Source: a bacterium
GTDB taxonomy: Bacteria; Electryoneota; JAOADG01
Length of the DNA stretch: 64,000 nucleotides
NCBI GenBank assembly: GCA_963681965.1
Contig: OY820579.1
Location: 2,496,001 to 2,560,000 of the forward strand
Direction: 5' to 3'
Within the stretch, counting starts at the first letter, position 1, and the number at the start of each line of letters is the position of its first letter. The notes under the pieces were generated by a model. It saw nothing but the letters and a program-made list of their open reading frames with translations, ran no database searches and was not told the origin of the DNA. A program made the translations under genes and the position numbers. Shown piece by piece: positions 19,322 to 29,172 of this stretch.

Positions 19322-19501
19322 TCATTTGGCGAGCTTCTTCAAAGTTGCATCTTGCTCACCCATCAACCGTTTGGTTGCGATAGCAACTTTCTTCCGGTGG
19401 CGTTTCCGTTCAGGTTTCACCACCAGATCAGTATTGCTATTTGCTGGAATTTCTTCGACAGCACTGAGACGTTTCGATTTCAATGTTCGCCGATTATTCA
19501 T
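19322..19501 (-). CDS. 59-aa antitoxin-like peptide (not in the ORF track)
   Basis: RBS AAGGGA; ends ATKRLMGEQDATLKKLAK, similar to C-termini of Doc-associated antitoxins. Confidence 0.4.
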   Translation of the reverse strand: MNNRRTLKSKRLSAVEEIPANSNTDLVVKPERKRHRKKVAIATKRLMGEQDATLKKLAK

Positions 19502-19600
19502 GGTAGTCCCTTACACGAAAATTCCTGCAATTTTGCATTTCAAATGCAAATATACAGGCTTACTCAATGTGAATACAGAATTCAAAGCAAGAGTAATCAT

Positions 19601-20509
19601 CTAGTTAAATCTGGCTGTTCGGCTTTCCATCGCTTCTTCGAACGACTCGTCGGTTATATGAGCATAAATCTGCGTATGGACGATGCTGCGATGTCCGAGC
19701 GCCTTCTGTACAACCAGAATATCGTGGTTCTTAGCATACAGCGAAGTGGCAAAGGTGTGCCGGAGTTTGTGGGGAGTGACTTGCTTCAGGATGCCTGCTC
19801 GTTTTACCCACTTCGACACGACGATTTGAAAGCCTCTGCTCACCATTCGACCGTATTGCTGGTTTACGAAAAGAGCATTCACGTTGCTGTCAGTTGCGAA
19901 GTGTTTTCGTTCACCTTGGATGTACTGATCTATGGCATCGCGAGTGATCGATGGAAGAAATTTGCGAATGGGGTTGCCACCTTTTGCTCGCTTGATGAAA
20001 AGATGTTTATCGGAGATATCAGCCAGTTCGATCTGTGCCAGCTCACCTACCCGGATTCCGGTATCGAGCAACACCCGGATGATCGCGTAGTCCCGTTGCT
20101 GATGAATATTGCGCGGGTAATCTCGCAGACAATCGAGCAGTTGCTTCTCCTCAGCTTCATTGAGGTAGGTCGGCGGCAACGGCTCAACATGTTTGATCTG
20201 CACGTGTTCCGCCGGGTTATCGGGAATATGACCATTTCGCTTTGCCCAGAGGAAAAACGATCGCAGTGCAGCCTTCATTCGGTTAATGGTATTCGCGTGT
20301 TTCATCGAGCCATCGGATTTGGTAGCGAACAATACGACAAAGCTGTCAATATCGCCGCTGGTAACGTTCTTGATAGTGGATATACCGGTAGCAGCAAAGA
20401 ACTCGAAGCAATGACCAAGGTCAGCAGTGAAGTTCTTGATAGTATGAGGCGACTTACTCTGAGCCAGCAAGTACGTCCGGTAGTCGACAATCAGTTGCTC
20501 AAAGCTCAC
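19601..20509 (-). CDS. Tyrosine recombinase (XerC/D-like)
   Basis: DTGIRVGEL, HKLRHTFAT, LGHRSIVHTQIY catalytic R-H-R-H-Y residues; N-terminal SAM-like domain. Confidence 0.93.
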   Translation of the reverse strand: MSFEQLIVDYRTYLLAQSKSPHTIKNFTADLGHCFEFFAATGISTIKNVTSGDIDSFVVLFATKSDGSMKHANTINRMKAALRSFFLWAKRNGHIPDNPAEHVQIKHVEPLPPTYLNEAEEKQLLDCLRDYPRNIHQQRDYAIIRVLLDTGIRVGELAQIELADISDKHLFIKRAKGGNPIRKFLPSITRDAIDQYIQGERKHFATDSNVNALFVNQQYGRMVSRGFQIVVSKWVKRAGILKQVTPHKLRHTFATSLYAKNHDILVVQKALGHRSIVHTQIYAHITDESFEEAMESRTARFN

Positions 20510-20715
20510 TGTTCATCCTCCTCGATGGTGAACCATGTCCAGTTTGTGGCATGGCGGAACCACACTTCCAATCGTTGTCCTACGAACTCCGTCAGATCGA
20601 GGCACATTCGGAAATCGCCATACAATACAAGTTCTTTGCCATTGTCTCGTAAAAAATTGAATTGCAGTATCGATCCTTCTTGGGAAAAAGACTGCAGGGT
20701 TGCGAAACACTCCAT
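20506..20715 (-). CDS. Hypothetical protein
   Basis: RBS AAGGAGG; coupled to the recombinase start. Confidence 0.6.
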   Translation of the reverse strand: MECFATLQSFSQEGSILQFNFLRDNGKELVLYGDFRMCLDLTEFVGQRLEVWFRHATNWTWFTIEEDEQ

Positions 20716-20725
20716 TGTATCCTCC

Positions 20726-20998
20726 TTATCGTTTCAAACCGGCGACTTTACCGTCTTCGCCGAGGGTCAAGTTCGAGAAATAACCAGAGCGCAATCTCTT
20801 CCACTCACTCTTGGCGTGGTAACTAGGGACGTTTTCAAAGACGATTTTCACTTCGTAGCGGACCGCTACTCGGGAAAGTTTGAAGCGGTAAAATCGCGGT
20901 TTCCCATCGGCACCAGGGAAAGAGTTTTGCAGGTGCCCGTAACTGTCAAGTTTCCAGCCTTTGCTCTGTGCCCAGTCAATGAATTGTTCTCTGGTCAT
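20726..20998 (-). CDS. Hypothetical protein
   Basis: RBS AGGAG; overlaps the upstream stop. Confidence 0.65.
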   Translation of the reverse strand: MTREQFIDWAQSKGWKLDSYGHLQNSFPGADGKPRFYRFKLSRVAVRYEVKIVFENVPSYHAKSEWKRLRSGYFSNLTLGEDGKVAGLKR

Positions 20999-21297
20999 TG
21001 GTTATCTCCTGTGGTGATGGGTTCTAACTCTTCGCGTCGCACTTCGACCTGTACAAACGATCCGGTAAAGCCAATCTCAATCGCGAAATACAACGCGGGG
21101 TCTGGTGTACCGGGTGCGATTAGCAGTTGGGGGTATTGATCGATGTTGTATCTGGTTAAAAAAAGATTGGCTTCGGGATCGCTTGGTTCCGGTTGGTTCA
21201 TAAAGAAGCCGGTAATCTCGGCATTACGCGGGTGGGTCAAGTATCTCACTTGCTGTCCAAGCCTGTACTGGATTGGGTTTGCGGGTTGTGCTGGCAT
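20995..21297 (-). CDS. Hypothetical protein
   Basis: RBS AAGGAG; preceded by a sigma70-like promoter at 21323-21356. Confidence 0.65.
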   Translation of the reverse strand: MPAQPANPIQYRLGQQVRYLTHPRNAEITGFFMNQPEPSDPEANLFLTRYNIDQYPQLLIAPGTPDPALYFAIEIGFTGSFVQVEVRREELEPITTGDNQ

Positions 21298-21375
21298 GAT
21301 GTCTCCTTCGTTTTTGGTGTGGACACATTACAGTCCCTGTGGCGGGAAAGCAAGTCTGGATAAGGGTTTCGGGAT

Positions 21376-22950
21376 ATGAGTGGAAGTGTAAAGAAAGCAA
21401 AGGCTTCGCAGGGCGCATCCGTCGCAATTCCATCGGGATTAGCCAGTGTTTTTACCGTTCTGGTCGATCCTGCGGTATGGGGGGAGCACTACCTCAAGAA
21501 CCCGGATGGAACGAGGCGTAGCTACTGGCAGCATCAATACAGCGACTTACGGTCACCGGCAAAACAGATTATCCATCAGGATGGTCGCGAGGTCGGCAAA
21601 ACAATCGTGTTAACTACTCTGGTGCTGCATTACGGATTTACGACTCATAATGGTTCGGGCTTGGTGGCAACCCCGCATCAAGGACATCTCGAAACAATTA
21701 TCGATGAGATCGAGCAGCAGATTTTCAACAATCCAACGCTGCTGGCAAGTGTCGCAAAAAACCGTTATGGCAATCCCGACATCAGCCAGAAACCGTATTA
21801 CCGCATCCGGTTCTCGACCGGGACAGTAATCCATTTCCGGCAGGCGGGCGATTCCGGTCAACCATTTCGGTCGTTGCATGTCGACCGGGTCTGGGTCGAT
21901 GAGGCAGCCTGGATGACTGAGCGGTCTTGGAAAGCACTTCGGCGTTGTCTGAATGAGGCAGGTGTGTTTCGGATTTATTCGACACCGAATGGTCTACGCG
22001 ACACCACTTACTACCGGTTAACGCAGGATAAAAATAAACGGTGGCAGGTGGTGCGATGGCCATCGTCACTGCATCCCAACTGGACCGTAGCTCGCGAAAA
22101 AGAACTGATGGAATTCTATGGTGGTCGCGATACCTCCGGTTTCCAGCATGAGGTATTAGGGGAACATGGCAGTCCAACGTACTCGGCATTCCCAGTTGAT
22201 TCGATTCGCATTGCATTGACTGACATCCCGGAATACCAACGCGTGATTCTCACCGGTAATGAATTATCCGATTGCGAAACTGAGGATGCGATTCGGGCGA
22301 GACTCGATATGCTTGTCGGTCTGACTCCACAAAAAGGGAAGTTTTGGCTCGGTGGCGACCTCGGTTATACATCCGATCCATGCGAATTATTGGTGTGGCA
22401 GGAAGATGAAACCGGCAAGTTGTCACTGGTCTACCGGTTACATGCCGAGCATGTCGCCTATCCGATTATCGCGGAGCTGATTGCGGTGATGGATGATTAT
22501 TTCGGATTTGTAGGACTCGGTGTTGACGAAGGTGGTAATGGACTGGCGGTTGTTCAGGAACTGACCACACTCGACAAGTTTTCCGATGCGCGTTTCTCCG
22601 ACCGTTTACTTGGTTTCAACTTCGGAAGTTCGACTGTGATCGGATATACCGACGAAGGGAAGCAACGAAAAAAGCGCACCAAGGAGTTGATGACGAGTCT
22701 GATTAATGGTCGACTGTCGCAACGAACGATTCGTTTTCCCAACGACGATCCTGAAATCGAGGATCAGTTTACCACTCACACCTACAGCATGTCCGAAGGA
22801 AAGATCATCTATTCCAAGGGACGCGACCACATTATCGATGCAACGCGCTGCGCGATGCTGCGGGTGTATCTGGAAGAAATCAAAGAACTGAGGCCGGAAG
22901 TCGAAGAGGCAGCCTTAATGCCGCTTACCACTGATCCGTTATTTACGTGA
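21376..22950 (+). CDS. terL: Terminase large subunit
   Basis: GREVGKT Walker A, VDEAA Walker B, STPNG, RNase H-like GGDLG, DHIIDATR. Confidence 0.9.
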   Translation: MSGSVKKAKASQGASVAIPSGLASVFTVLVDPAVWGEHYLKNPDGTRRSYWQHQYSDLRSPAKQIIHQDGREVGKTIVLTTLVLHYGFTTHNGSGLVATPHQGHLETIIDEIEQQIFNNPTLLASVAKNRYGNPDISQKPYYRIRFSTGTVIHFRQAGDSGQPFRSLHVDRVWVDEAAWMTERSWKALRRCLNEAGVFRIYSTPNGLRDTTYYRLTQDKNKRWQVVRWPSSLHPNWTVAREKELMEFYGGRDTSGFQHEVLGEHGSPTYSAFPVDSIRIALTDIPEYQRVILTGNELSDCETEDAIRARLDMLVGLTPQKGKFWLGGDLGYTSDPCELLVWQEDETGKLSLVYRLHAEHVAYPIIAELIAVMDDYFGFVGLGVDEGGNGLAVVQELTTLDKFSDARFSDRLLGFNFGSSTVIGYTDEGKQRKKRTKELMTSLINGRLSQRTIRFPNDDPEIEDQFTTHTYSMSEGKIIYSKGRDHIIDATRCAMLRVYLEEIKELRPEVEEAALMPLTTDPLFT

Positions 22951-22958
22951 GGATTCCA

Positions 22959-24398
22959 ATGAAACTATGGCCGTTTACTACTGCACCAAAACCGATGGAA
23001 ACAACCACGATCACGATTCTCGATGATTCGATGGGTGCTGCCGCCGATATCTCCGGAACATTTTCGTCGGAATACACTGTGCAAGGGATTCCGACCATCT
23101 GGGAGGAACGCGGCAAGCTCGCCTGGCAATACTACACCGAGGAACCGATTGTCAACAACGCGATCAATGCCTGGCGTACGTTCGCTATCGGTGATGAGAT
23201 ACAGGTGACTTCCGATGATGAAGAAACCCGTAAAGCCGCACGTGATCTGTTCAAGCGACTAGCGTTGAATGACTTCGTTCGCGACATGATCCTGCAATTG
23301 CTGGTCAAAGGCGAATGCATGGGTTACAAGACCTACGGTGGACAGAAAAAGAAAACCGTTGGCGGTAAGGAAGGATATTCCGAGATCGAACAGATCTGGT
23401 GTCTGAATCCGGTTTCGGTTCAGTTCCAACTGGATAAGGGCGAGATCGTAAAGATTATTCAGAAAACCGAAGATGCTGTTGGCATTACCTCCGGTAGTGA
23501 GATCGAACTCAATTCCGGACAGTTCTATCACCAGAAATGGAACAGTCCCCAGTTTAACTCGCGTGGCAACTCGATGGTACTCCCGGCATTCGAGTCGATT
23601 GAGCTGATGCGCGACTACCGGCGTGCCGAGCGTGCCATCGCCAAGCGGTGGACGACTCCGCTTCGTTTTATCACGGTTGGTGGCAAGTTCGGTGATAAGG
23701 TAGTAATGCCGACGCAGAAGATGCTGCAGCAGGTGCGCGATACGATCAATAAAATGGATTTAAAGTCGGGTATGGTCGTTCCGTTCTATGTCGATGTGAA
23801 AACCTACGGCGCCGAAGGAATTGTTCTCAATACCGAAGAGAAAGTCAAAGAGATCAAATCCGATATCGTTGTTGCCCTCGGTTTTGTCAAATCACTGATT
23901 ACCGGTGAGGGTCCCAACTTTGCCACCGCCAGTGTCGGTTTCTCCAAAGTTATTCTGATGCTGAAGGAGATCAAGCAGATTGCTCGCGACGTGTTGACCT
24001 GGATTTTCGACGACTGGAAGGAATTGAACGGCTGGCAGGACAAACACATCGACTTCATTTTTTCCGATATCGATCTCACCAATGAAGATGGTCAGAAGAA
24101 GATGCTGGTCGAGCTGTATGATCGGAAAATCATCTCCATCGATACGCTACAATCGAAGTTGGGTCTGCGCCCCGAAGTGGAGGCTGCCAATCAAGTCGAG
24201 GAGCGGAAGAGTACCATCGATTCCCTCACGATCAAGGACATCGCGACTCTGATCGCATCAGGAGTGGTCTCGGTGCAGACCGTACAGGAACATCTCGGAC
24301 TTGATCCTGTTACCGAGGATAAAAACATGAAACAATCCGATGCGCAGAGTGTAGCAGACATTTATGCATCGGTTGATTTGCCGGATGTTCTCCAATGA
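22959..24398 (+). CDS. Portal protein
   Basis: Follows terL; ~480 aa; EPIVNNAI, RGNSMVLPAF, NFATASV. Confidence 0.8.
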   Translation: MKLWPFTTAPKPMETTTITILDDSMGAAADISGTFSSEYTVQGIPTIWEERGKLAWQYYTEEPIVNNAINAWRTFAIGDEIQVTSDDEETRKAARDLFKRLALNDFVRDMILQLLVKGECMGYKTYGGQKKKTVGGKEGYSEIEQIWCLNPVSVQFQLDKGEIVKIIQKTEDAVGITSGSEIELNSGQFYHQKWNSPQFNSRGNSMVLPAFESIELMRDYRRAERAIAKRWTTPLRFITVGGKFGDKVVMPTQKMLQQVRDTINKMDLKSGMVVPFYVDVKTYGAEGIVLNTEEKVKEIKSDIVVALGFVKSLITGEGPNFATASVGFSKVILMLKEIKQIARDVLTWIFDDWKELNGWQDKHIDFIFSDIDLTNEDGQKKMLVELYDRKIISIDTLQSKLGLRPEVEAANQVEERKSTIDSLTIKDIATLIASGVVSVQTVQEHLGLDPVTEDKNMKQSDAQSVADIYASVDLPDVLQ

Positions 24399-27300
24399 CA
24401 CAGCAAGAACGAATAATAGCGGAAACGGCGAAGAGTCTGGCAGCAGTCGACAAATACAGCGACCGCCAGATTAAGTCTTTGTTGCAATCGCTCCAGCAAT
24501 CCTCCGTCCAGATCAGGGGTGAGCTGCTGTCGCTCGCCGGTCGTGGTTCGGCAACGCCGGGATTGCAGATTCGTCAGGATCAACTGCTGGCGATTCAGAA
24601 GCGCATCGATGCGATTATCAGTCAGCTCAATGAACAGCAATCGGTTCTATTTACTGGGATAACAAAAGATTCGTTCCAGAATGGTGTGCATTCCGCGATC
24701 AGTGAGTTCGGTAACATTGGTTTCCCAACATACGATTCGCTCAATCAATCTGACCGGTTGGCATTAGCTACCGATGCCATGAGTGTGATCGATACCCAGG
24801 CGCTTGATTTTCTTACAAACTATCATCTGCAACTGCTTGGAAATGTTTCGCAGCAATTAGCTGACAGTATCAAGCAGGAATTAAACACCGGAATCATTAC
24901 TGGTTCTAGTATCGCCGACGTGGTCGAAAAAATTGGTGGTGTCATACCCAACCCAGACGAGTTCCGGGTAGCTGGTAAGACCGTTTTCAAAACTGCACAA
25001 CAGCGCATCGAAACGATTACCCGCACCGAGATCTTGCGGGCGCATAACCAAGGTCGGGCAAAATTCTACCAAACAGTTGGTGTCCAGAAAGTTACCTGGA
25101 TTACGGCGCAGGATGAACGCACCTGCCGGGAATGTGCCCCGCTCGATGGTAAGGAATTTCCTATTGCGGAAGCACCATCACTTCCCCGTCACCCGATGTG
25201 CCGGTGTACCACTTTCGTTTCGGCACCGCTTACGATCTGTGGACAAGGTGAACCAATTGCGATGGCAGCAGCAACGGGGGCTGGATGTATCATGCCTGCC
25301 ACCCAAGTTCAGCAACTGTCGAAAGTGCAACAAGCCAGTACTGCCAAGGTACAGCAGGCATTCCAGAGTGGTGATCCGGCACAGTTGCAACTTCTCACCA
25401 TCAAAGAGATTCAGGGTCTGGCAATGCAGAATGGAGTCGCCATTGCCCGTACCAAGAGTGATTTTATTGCATTGCTGGATCAAGCGGAAATCGGCATCGA
25501 TCATTCGCAGCTTGGTGGACCCGCACTCAAGGCGAAACTGGCACAGTATAAAATCGGAGCGCTCCGCAGCAAAGACGAACTAGTCAAGTTGCTGCTCCAG
25601 AAAAAGCAATCCGTTTCCCAAGTTGTCACCCAAACAATACCCGTCGTGCAGCAACAGGCGCTGATTGATCTCGCAAAACAAGAACTAGATCAGTTGACGA
25701 GTGCAGTATCGTTTCCAACGAGCGTTACAGATTATCAGTCGTTTCTTGCATCGGTATCTGCGGTGGAAAGTAAGATTGCTGCTCTTTCCGGTGATCAGGC
25801 TTATGTGAACATTATCAGTCAGCCGTTGCAAAATATGCAACAACTGAAATCAAGCTGGCAGGCATCGCTTACCGCAAAATCATCCAGTGATCTGAAAACA
25901 CTGGCTAAGGATGCGAAACTTACTCACTGGCAATGGGCATCGAAAGATGAAGTAGTAACACTTCTTTCGTCGAACGATCCGGTACAACGGCAGGGTGCGG
26001 TTGCATCCATAGAGTCCAAGTATGCAAAATGGGCAGAAAAACATGGCGGTAAGTCAGTTAAATCGCAGGCGATCCTTCCCTCGCCACCTCGCGCCCCCTC
26101 GTTGCTCAAGCCAGCAGTTAAACCTATTACTCAAACAGTTGTTACTCCGATTCCACTTTCCCGTTATTTCGATCCAACGGCAGCACTCACTCATACCGAA
26201 CGAGATCAATTGTGGGAGCAGGTTCGGCTACAACCAGATCAGCATTTCAAGTTCAAACGGCATGCGAATGATCTTGGTGGTGGACACCCAAAGGATATTT
26301 TCGTTGATGCTCGAGGACAGGAATGGATGTTCAAGCCAGTAGATGCTGGTTCCGAATTTGCTGCTGAGGCGGAAACTGCTGCCTACAAGATCGGTCGCAT
26401 CGTCGATGACAATATGGTGGAAGTTCGGGTTGTCAAATTAAATGGACAAACCGGAACGATTCAACGAATGATCGCCGAACTGTCAGACAAATCCGATCTC
26501 ACTTTTTTCGAACCCAGTAAATTTAGTGCTGACGAAATTGAGCAACTGCAGCGCCACCGCGTTATCGACTGGTTGGTCTCCAATCACGATGGTCACGTTG
26601 CCCAGTTCCTTCGTACCCAGGATGGTCGTCTTATCGGAATCGATAAGGGACAGGCGTGGCGATACTTCCCGAATGACAAGCTAGGAATCGACTATCATCC
26701 CAATAGCCGGTTCGGTGAACGGGAGCCGGTATACAACACACTGTTCCGGATGCAGAAAAATGGTGAGATAACTCTCCCATGGCAGCCGATTCTCGATACG
26801 ATCAAGCGACTGGAACAACTCAGTGATGATGAATTGTGGTCGTACGTCGAATCCTATGCGACCGGTCGTTTCCAAAACGACAGTGCCGGTCTCCGTAAAT
26901 TCAAACTGATGCTGGTCGACCGCAAGAACAACCTGCGCAGGGATTTTGAAGCATACATCAAGACCGTTGACAAAAAGTTCAAGGGATTTGATGCCGTAAC
27001 TGCAGAATCGAAAGCGAGCGGAAAAGTTGTTGATCCAAAACGGAAACAAGCCGAGGAATTAATCAAGAAAGTCGATGATGCAGGTTGGCAGGGAGTCACC
27101 ATAGATTTTGATAGTGGCGATGTAGAAGACATGAACCTGCTCGTATTCACTGAAAAAGTAAACGGTAAGCCCCGCACTGCCGTGAAAATGAAGTTGTTGA
27201 AAGATGCCGATCAACGGGTACATAAACTGATCAAAGGGCTAATTGAACCAGATGCAGCAGTAGGTCAACCACTTCCGGAAGATCACTACTTTGACACAAT

Positions 27301-28708
27301 TGTATCTGCATTGAAAACGATTCAATCTGGTTCCAAAAAAACTACCAAAATTGATGCGGCAACTAGTTTCCTGAATGAATTGAATTCGCTGCGCGTTTCC
27401 AGCGATCCTGACATCAAGGCAATGGCGGAGCGTTACCATTACTGGATCAATGTGATCAAGAATTGGCAGAATGCTGGTAACACAGGACTTATACCAGAAA
27501 TCGAAAGTGGTCAACATCTTGATCTGTATCTCAAAATGCCGCCAGCTAAAAAGGCGGGCAAGAAGACTGCTTCATTTTCTGTAAAAAAGGGGACTGTTAG
27601 CTTTGAATCGCGGGTCGCCAAGGGGAAAGAAATCGAGGTAAAAGGCAATCGCCGAGGCGCTGGTCAGATCTTTCATCGCGGTGACACCTCTGTTCAGTAT
27701 CAGATTGACTTTGGTGACGGGACTACCGCATACTATACCCCCACTGTATCAGCCAACAACAGTTTATTCGCGGTGAATGGTGAAATCGAGTTCTTTGTCG
27801 ATGGAAAAGCAACTCCTGAACTTTTAGATCGCATTATTCAGCACTCGAATACACTTGGTATCAATGGTAAAATAGCGACTGACGAGGACATCGAATTGAT
27901 GTATTTGCTTAAGCATGGGTACGTCTTGAAGGATGTGGAACAATCCGGTTACAAACAACTTCTGGATAATTTCGAATCTACCAAAGCATCCACAACTGAG
28001 CGCATCCGAGTATTGCGTGACTATTGGTCGAAAAAAATGGGTGTGAAGGATGTAACCAAGGTCCCAAGTTATCAGCCACAAGGTGTATTGCAATTCGGCA
28101 CCACCGGTGGCATCCAACAAGCTGGTCATCGGGTACAAATGCGGTTCGATTTGAGTGATGCAATGTTGGAAAAGCAGTTGCCTGGTGTCTCGCTAGTACA
28201 CTCGCTTACCAATGATTATGGACATATTGTTGAGTTTTTCGATCAAGTGTTGGCTGGCAATGGAACACTCGTAAGTACGGTGGAAAAGTTGCGTTGCGGA
28301 ATACCGGTGGGTGGAATGTCGCCTGCAGAAGATATGTCCAGTGGTGGTGCTACCTATGTATTTACTCGCATAAAATCTGCTACTGACAGTCGATCAGAAG
28401 GTATTTACTTCAAAAAGAGCATGCTTAGAAGGCTCGATGCGATCAGTTACGATCATGATAAGTACGGTCGAGTCACTGGTAATGACGTGATCGAGAATCG
28501 GCACAGTACGATTGATGGATTTCGTCACTGTGCAGGCCGTTCTGGTAATGAAACCATTTTCAAATACACAGTGACATTATTGGATAACATTGAGGAAGTT
28601 CGGGTTAATCAGGGTCGTCGTAGTAAGATGCTGGAAGTATTCAAGAGGCATGGCATCAGCCGGTTGCCAGATGGTAGAAAAGTCGAAGAAGTAGTTAAGG
28701 ACTCCTAA
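24395..28708 (+). CDS. MuF (SPP1 gp7-like) head morphogenesis protein extended with Rho-N/HeH-like repeats, a HipA/CtkA-like kinase and a putative ART-like C-terminal domain
   Basis: MuF ITRTEILRAHNQG..W..DERTCREC..PRHPMCRC; kinase LGGGHPK..WMFKP..AETAAY..DWLVSNHDGH..IGIDKG; C-terminal LVH..YVFTR..NETIFK. Confidence 0.85.
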   Translation: MTQQERIIAETAKSLAAVDKYSDRQIKSLLQSLQQSSVQIRGELLSLAGRGSATPGLQIRQDQLLAIQKRIDAIISQLNEQQSVLFTGITKDSFQNGVHSAISEFGNIGFPTYDSLNQSDRLALATDAMSVIDTQALDFLTNYHLQLLGNVSQQLADSIKQELNTGIITGSSIADVVEKIGGVIPNPDEFRVAGKTVFKTAQQRIETITRTEILRAHNQGRAKFYQTVGVQKVTWITAQDERTCRECAPLDGKEFPIAEAPSLPRHPMCRCTTFVSAPLTICGQGEPIAMAAATGAGCIMPATQVQQLSKVQQASTAKVQQAFQSGDPAQLQLLTIKEIQGLAMQNGVAIARTKSDFIALLDQAEIGIDHSQLGGPALKAKLAQYKIGALRSKDELVKLLLQKKQSVSQVVTQTIPVVQQQALIDLAKQELDQLTSAVSFPTSVTDYQSFLASVSAVESKIAALSGDQAYVNIISQPLQNMQQLKSSWQASLTAKSSSDLKTLAKDAKLTHWQWASKDEVVTLLSSNDPVQRQGAVASIESKYAKWAEKHGGKSVKSQAILPSPPRAPSLLKPAVKPITQTVVTPIPLSRYFDPTAALTHTERDQLWEQVRLQPDQHFKFKRHANDLGGGHPKDIFVDARGQEWMFKPVDAGSEFAAEAETAAYKIGRIVDDNMVEVRVVKLNGQTGTIQRMIAELSDKSDLTFFEPSKFSADEIEQLQRHRVIDWLVSNHDGHVAQFLRTQDGRLIGIDKGQAWRYFPNDKLGIDYHPNSRFGEREPVYNTLFRMQKNGEITLPWQPILDTIKRLEQLSDDELWSYVESYATGRFQNDSAGLRKFKLMLVDRKNNLRRDFEAYIKTVDKKFKGFDAVTAESKASGKVVDPKRKQAEELIKKVDDAGWQGVTIDFDSGDVEDMNLLVFTEKVNGKPRTAVKMKLLKDADQRVHKLIKGLIEPDAAVGQPLPEDHYFDTIVSALKTIQSGSKKTTKIDAATSFLNELNSLRVSSDPDIKAMAERYHYWINVIKNWQNAGNTGLIPEIESGQHLDLYLKMPPAKKAGKKTASFSVKKGTVSFESRVAKGKEIEVKGNRRGAGQIFHRGDTSVQYQIDFGDGTTAYYTPTVSANNSLFAVNGEIEFFVDGKATPELLDRIIQHSNTLGINGKIATDEDIELMYLLKHGYVLKDVEQSGYKQLLDNFESTKASTTERIRVLRDYWSKKMGVKDVTKVPSYQPQGVLQFGTTGGIQQAGHRVQMRFDLSDAMLEKQLPGVSLVHSLTNDYGHIVEFFDQVLAGNGTLVSTVEKLRCGIPVGGMSPAEDMSSGGATYVFTRIKSATDSRSEGIYFKKSMLRRLDAISYDHDKYGRVTGNDVIENRHSTIDGFRHCAGRSGNETIFKYTVTLLDNIEEVRVNQGRRSKMLEVFKRHGISRLPDGRKVEEVVKDS

Positions 28709-28710
28709 TC

Positions 28711-29172
28711 ATGAACATGAATTTGGCAGATGAAATTATTCGCATTCAGGCAATCTTCGATGATATTATGAAATCAGGTTCGTGGATTCTAGTGGAATTC
28801 GCGAAGGACGATACCCTGGATCTCGATATCGGATGTTACTACAAAGTGTTAAAGGTGATGCCCGGCTTCGATGCAGCAGGCAACCTGATAGATACTGATT
28901 TCTGGTTGCTCTTTTGTACTGCAGGTTATGAAGATGACAGCCATCATGGACACGTCAAGAAAATTCTTGACATGACAAATACTGAGTTTGGTGTCGACTT
29001 GCAGACTTCGGATGGTGAATATCTCCACATTGAGCGGATTTGCTTTGGTGTGGATACACAGCATGAATCGAGATGGCAACAGTACCAGCGGTTGGTTGCT
29101 GACAATCCTGAAAAGTACACGGAATTACAGATTGCGTATGTCGCTGATGCGCTATCACGGATGGAGGACTAA
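28711..29172 (+). CDS. Hypothetical acidic protein, candidate immunity protein
   Basis: Starts 2 bp after the MuF stop. Confidence 0.65.
   Translation: MNMNLADEIIRIQAIFDDIMKSGSWILVEFAKDDTLDLDIGCYYKVLKVMPGFDAAGNLIDTDFWLLFCTAGYEDDSHHGHVKKILDMTNTEFGVDLQTSDGEYLHIERICFGVDTQHESRWQQYQRLVADNPEKYTELQIAYVADALSRMED

Noticed and set aside
18341-21139. 932-aa ORF as a bona fide CDS
   Set aside because: No recognisable motifs and it lies antisense to well-supported genes; kept only as an oddity in the findings.
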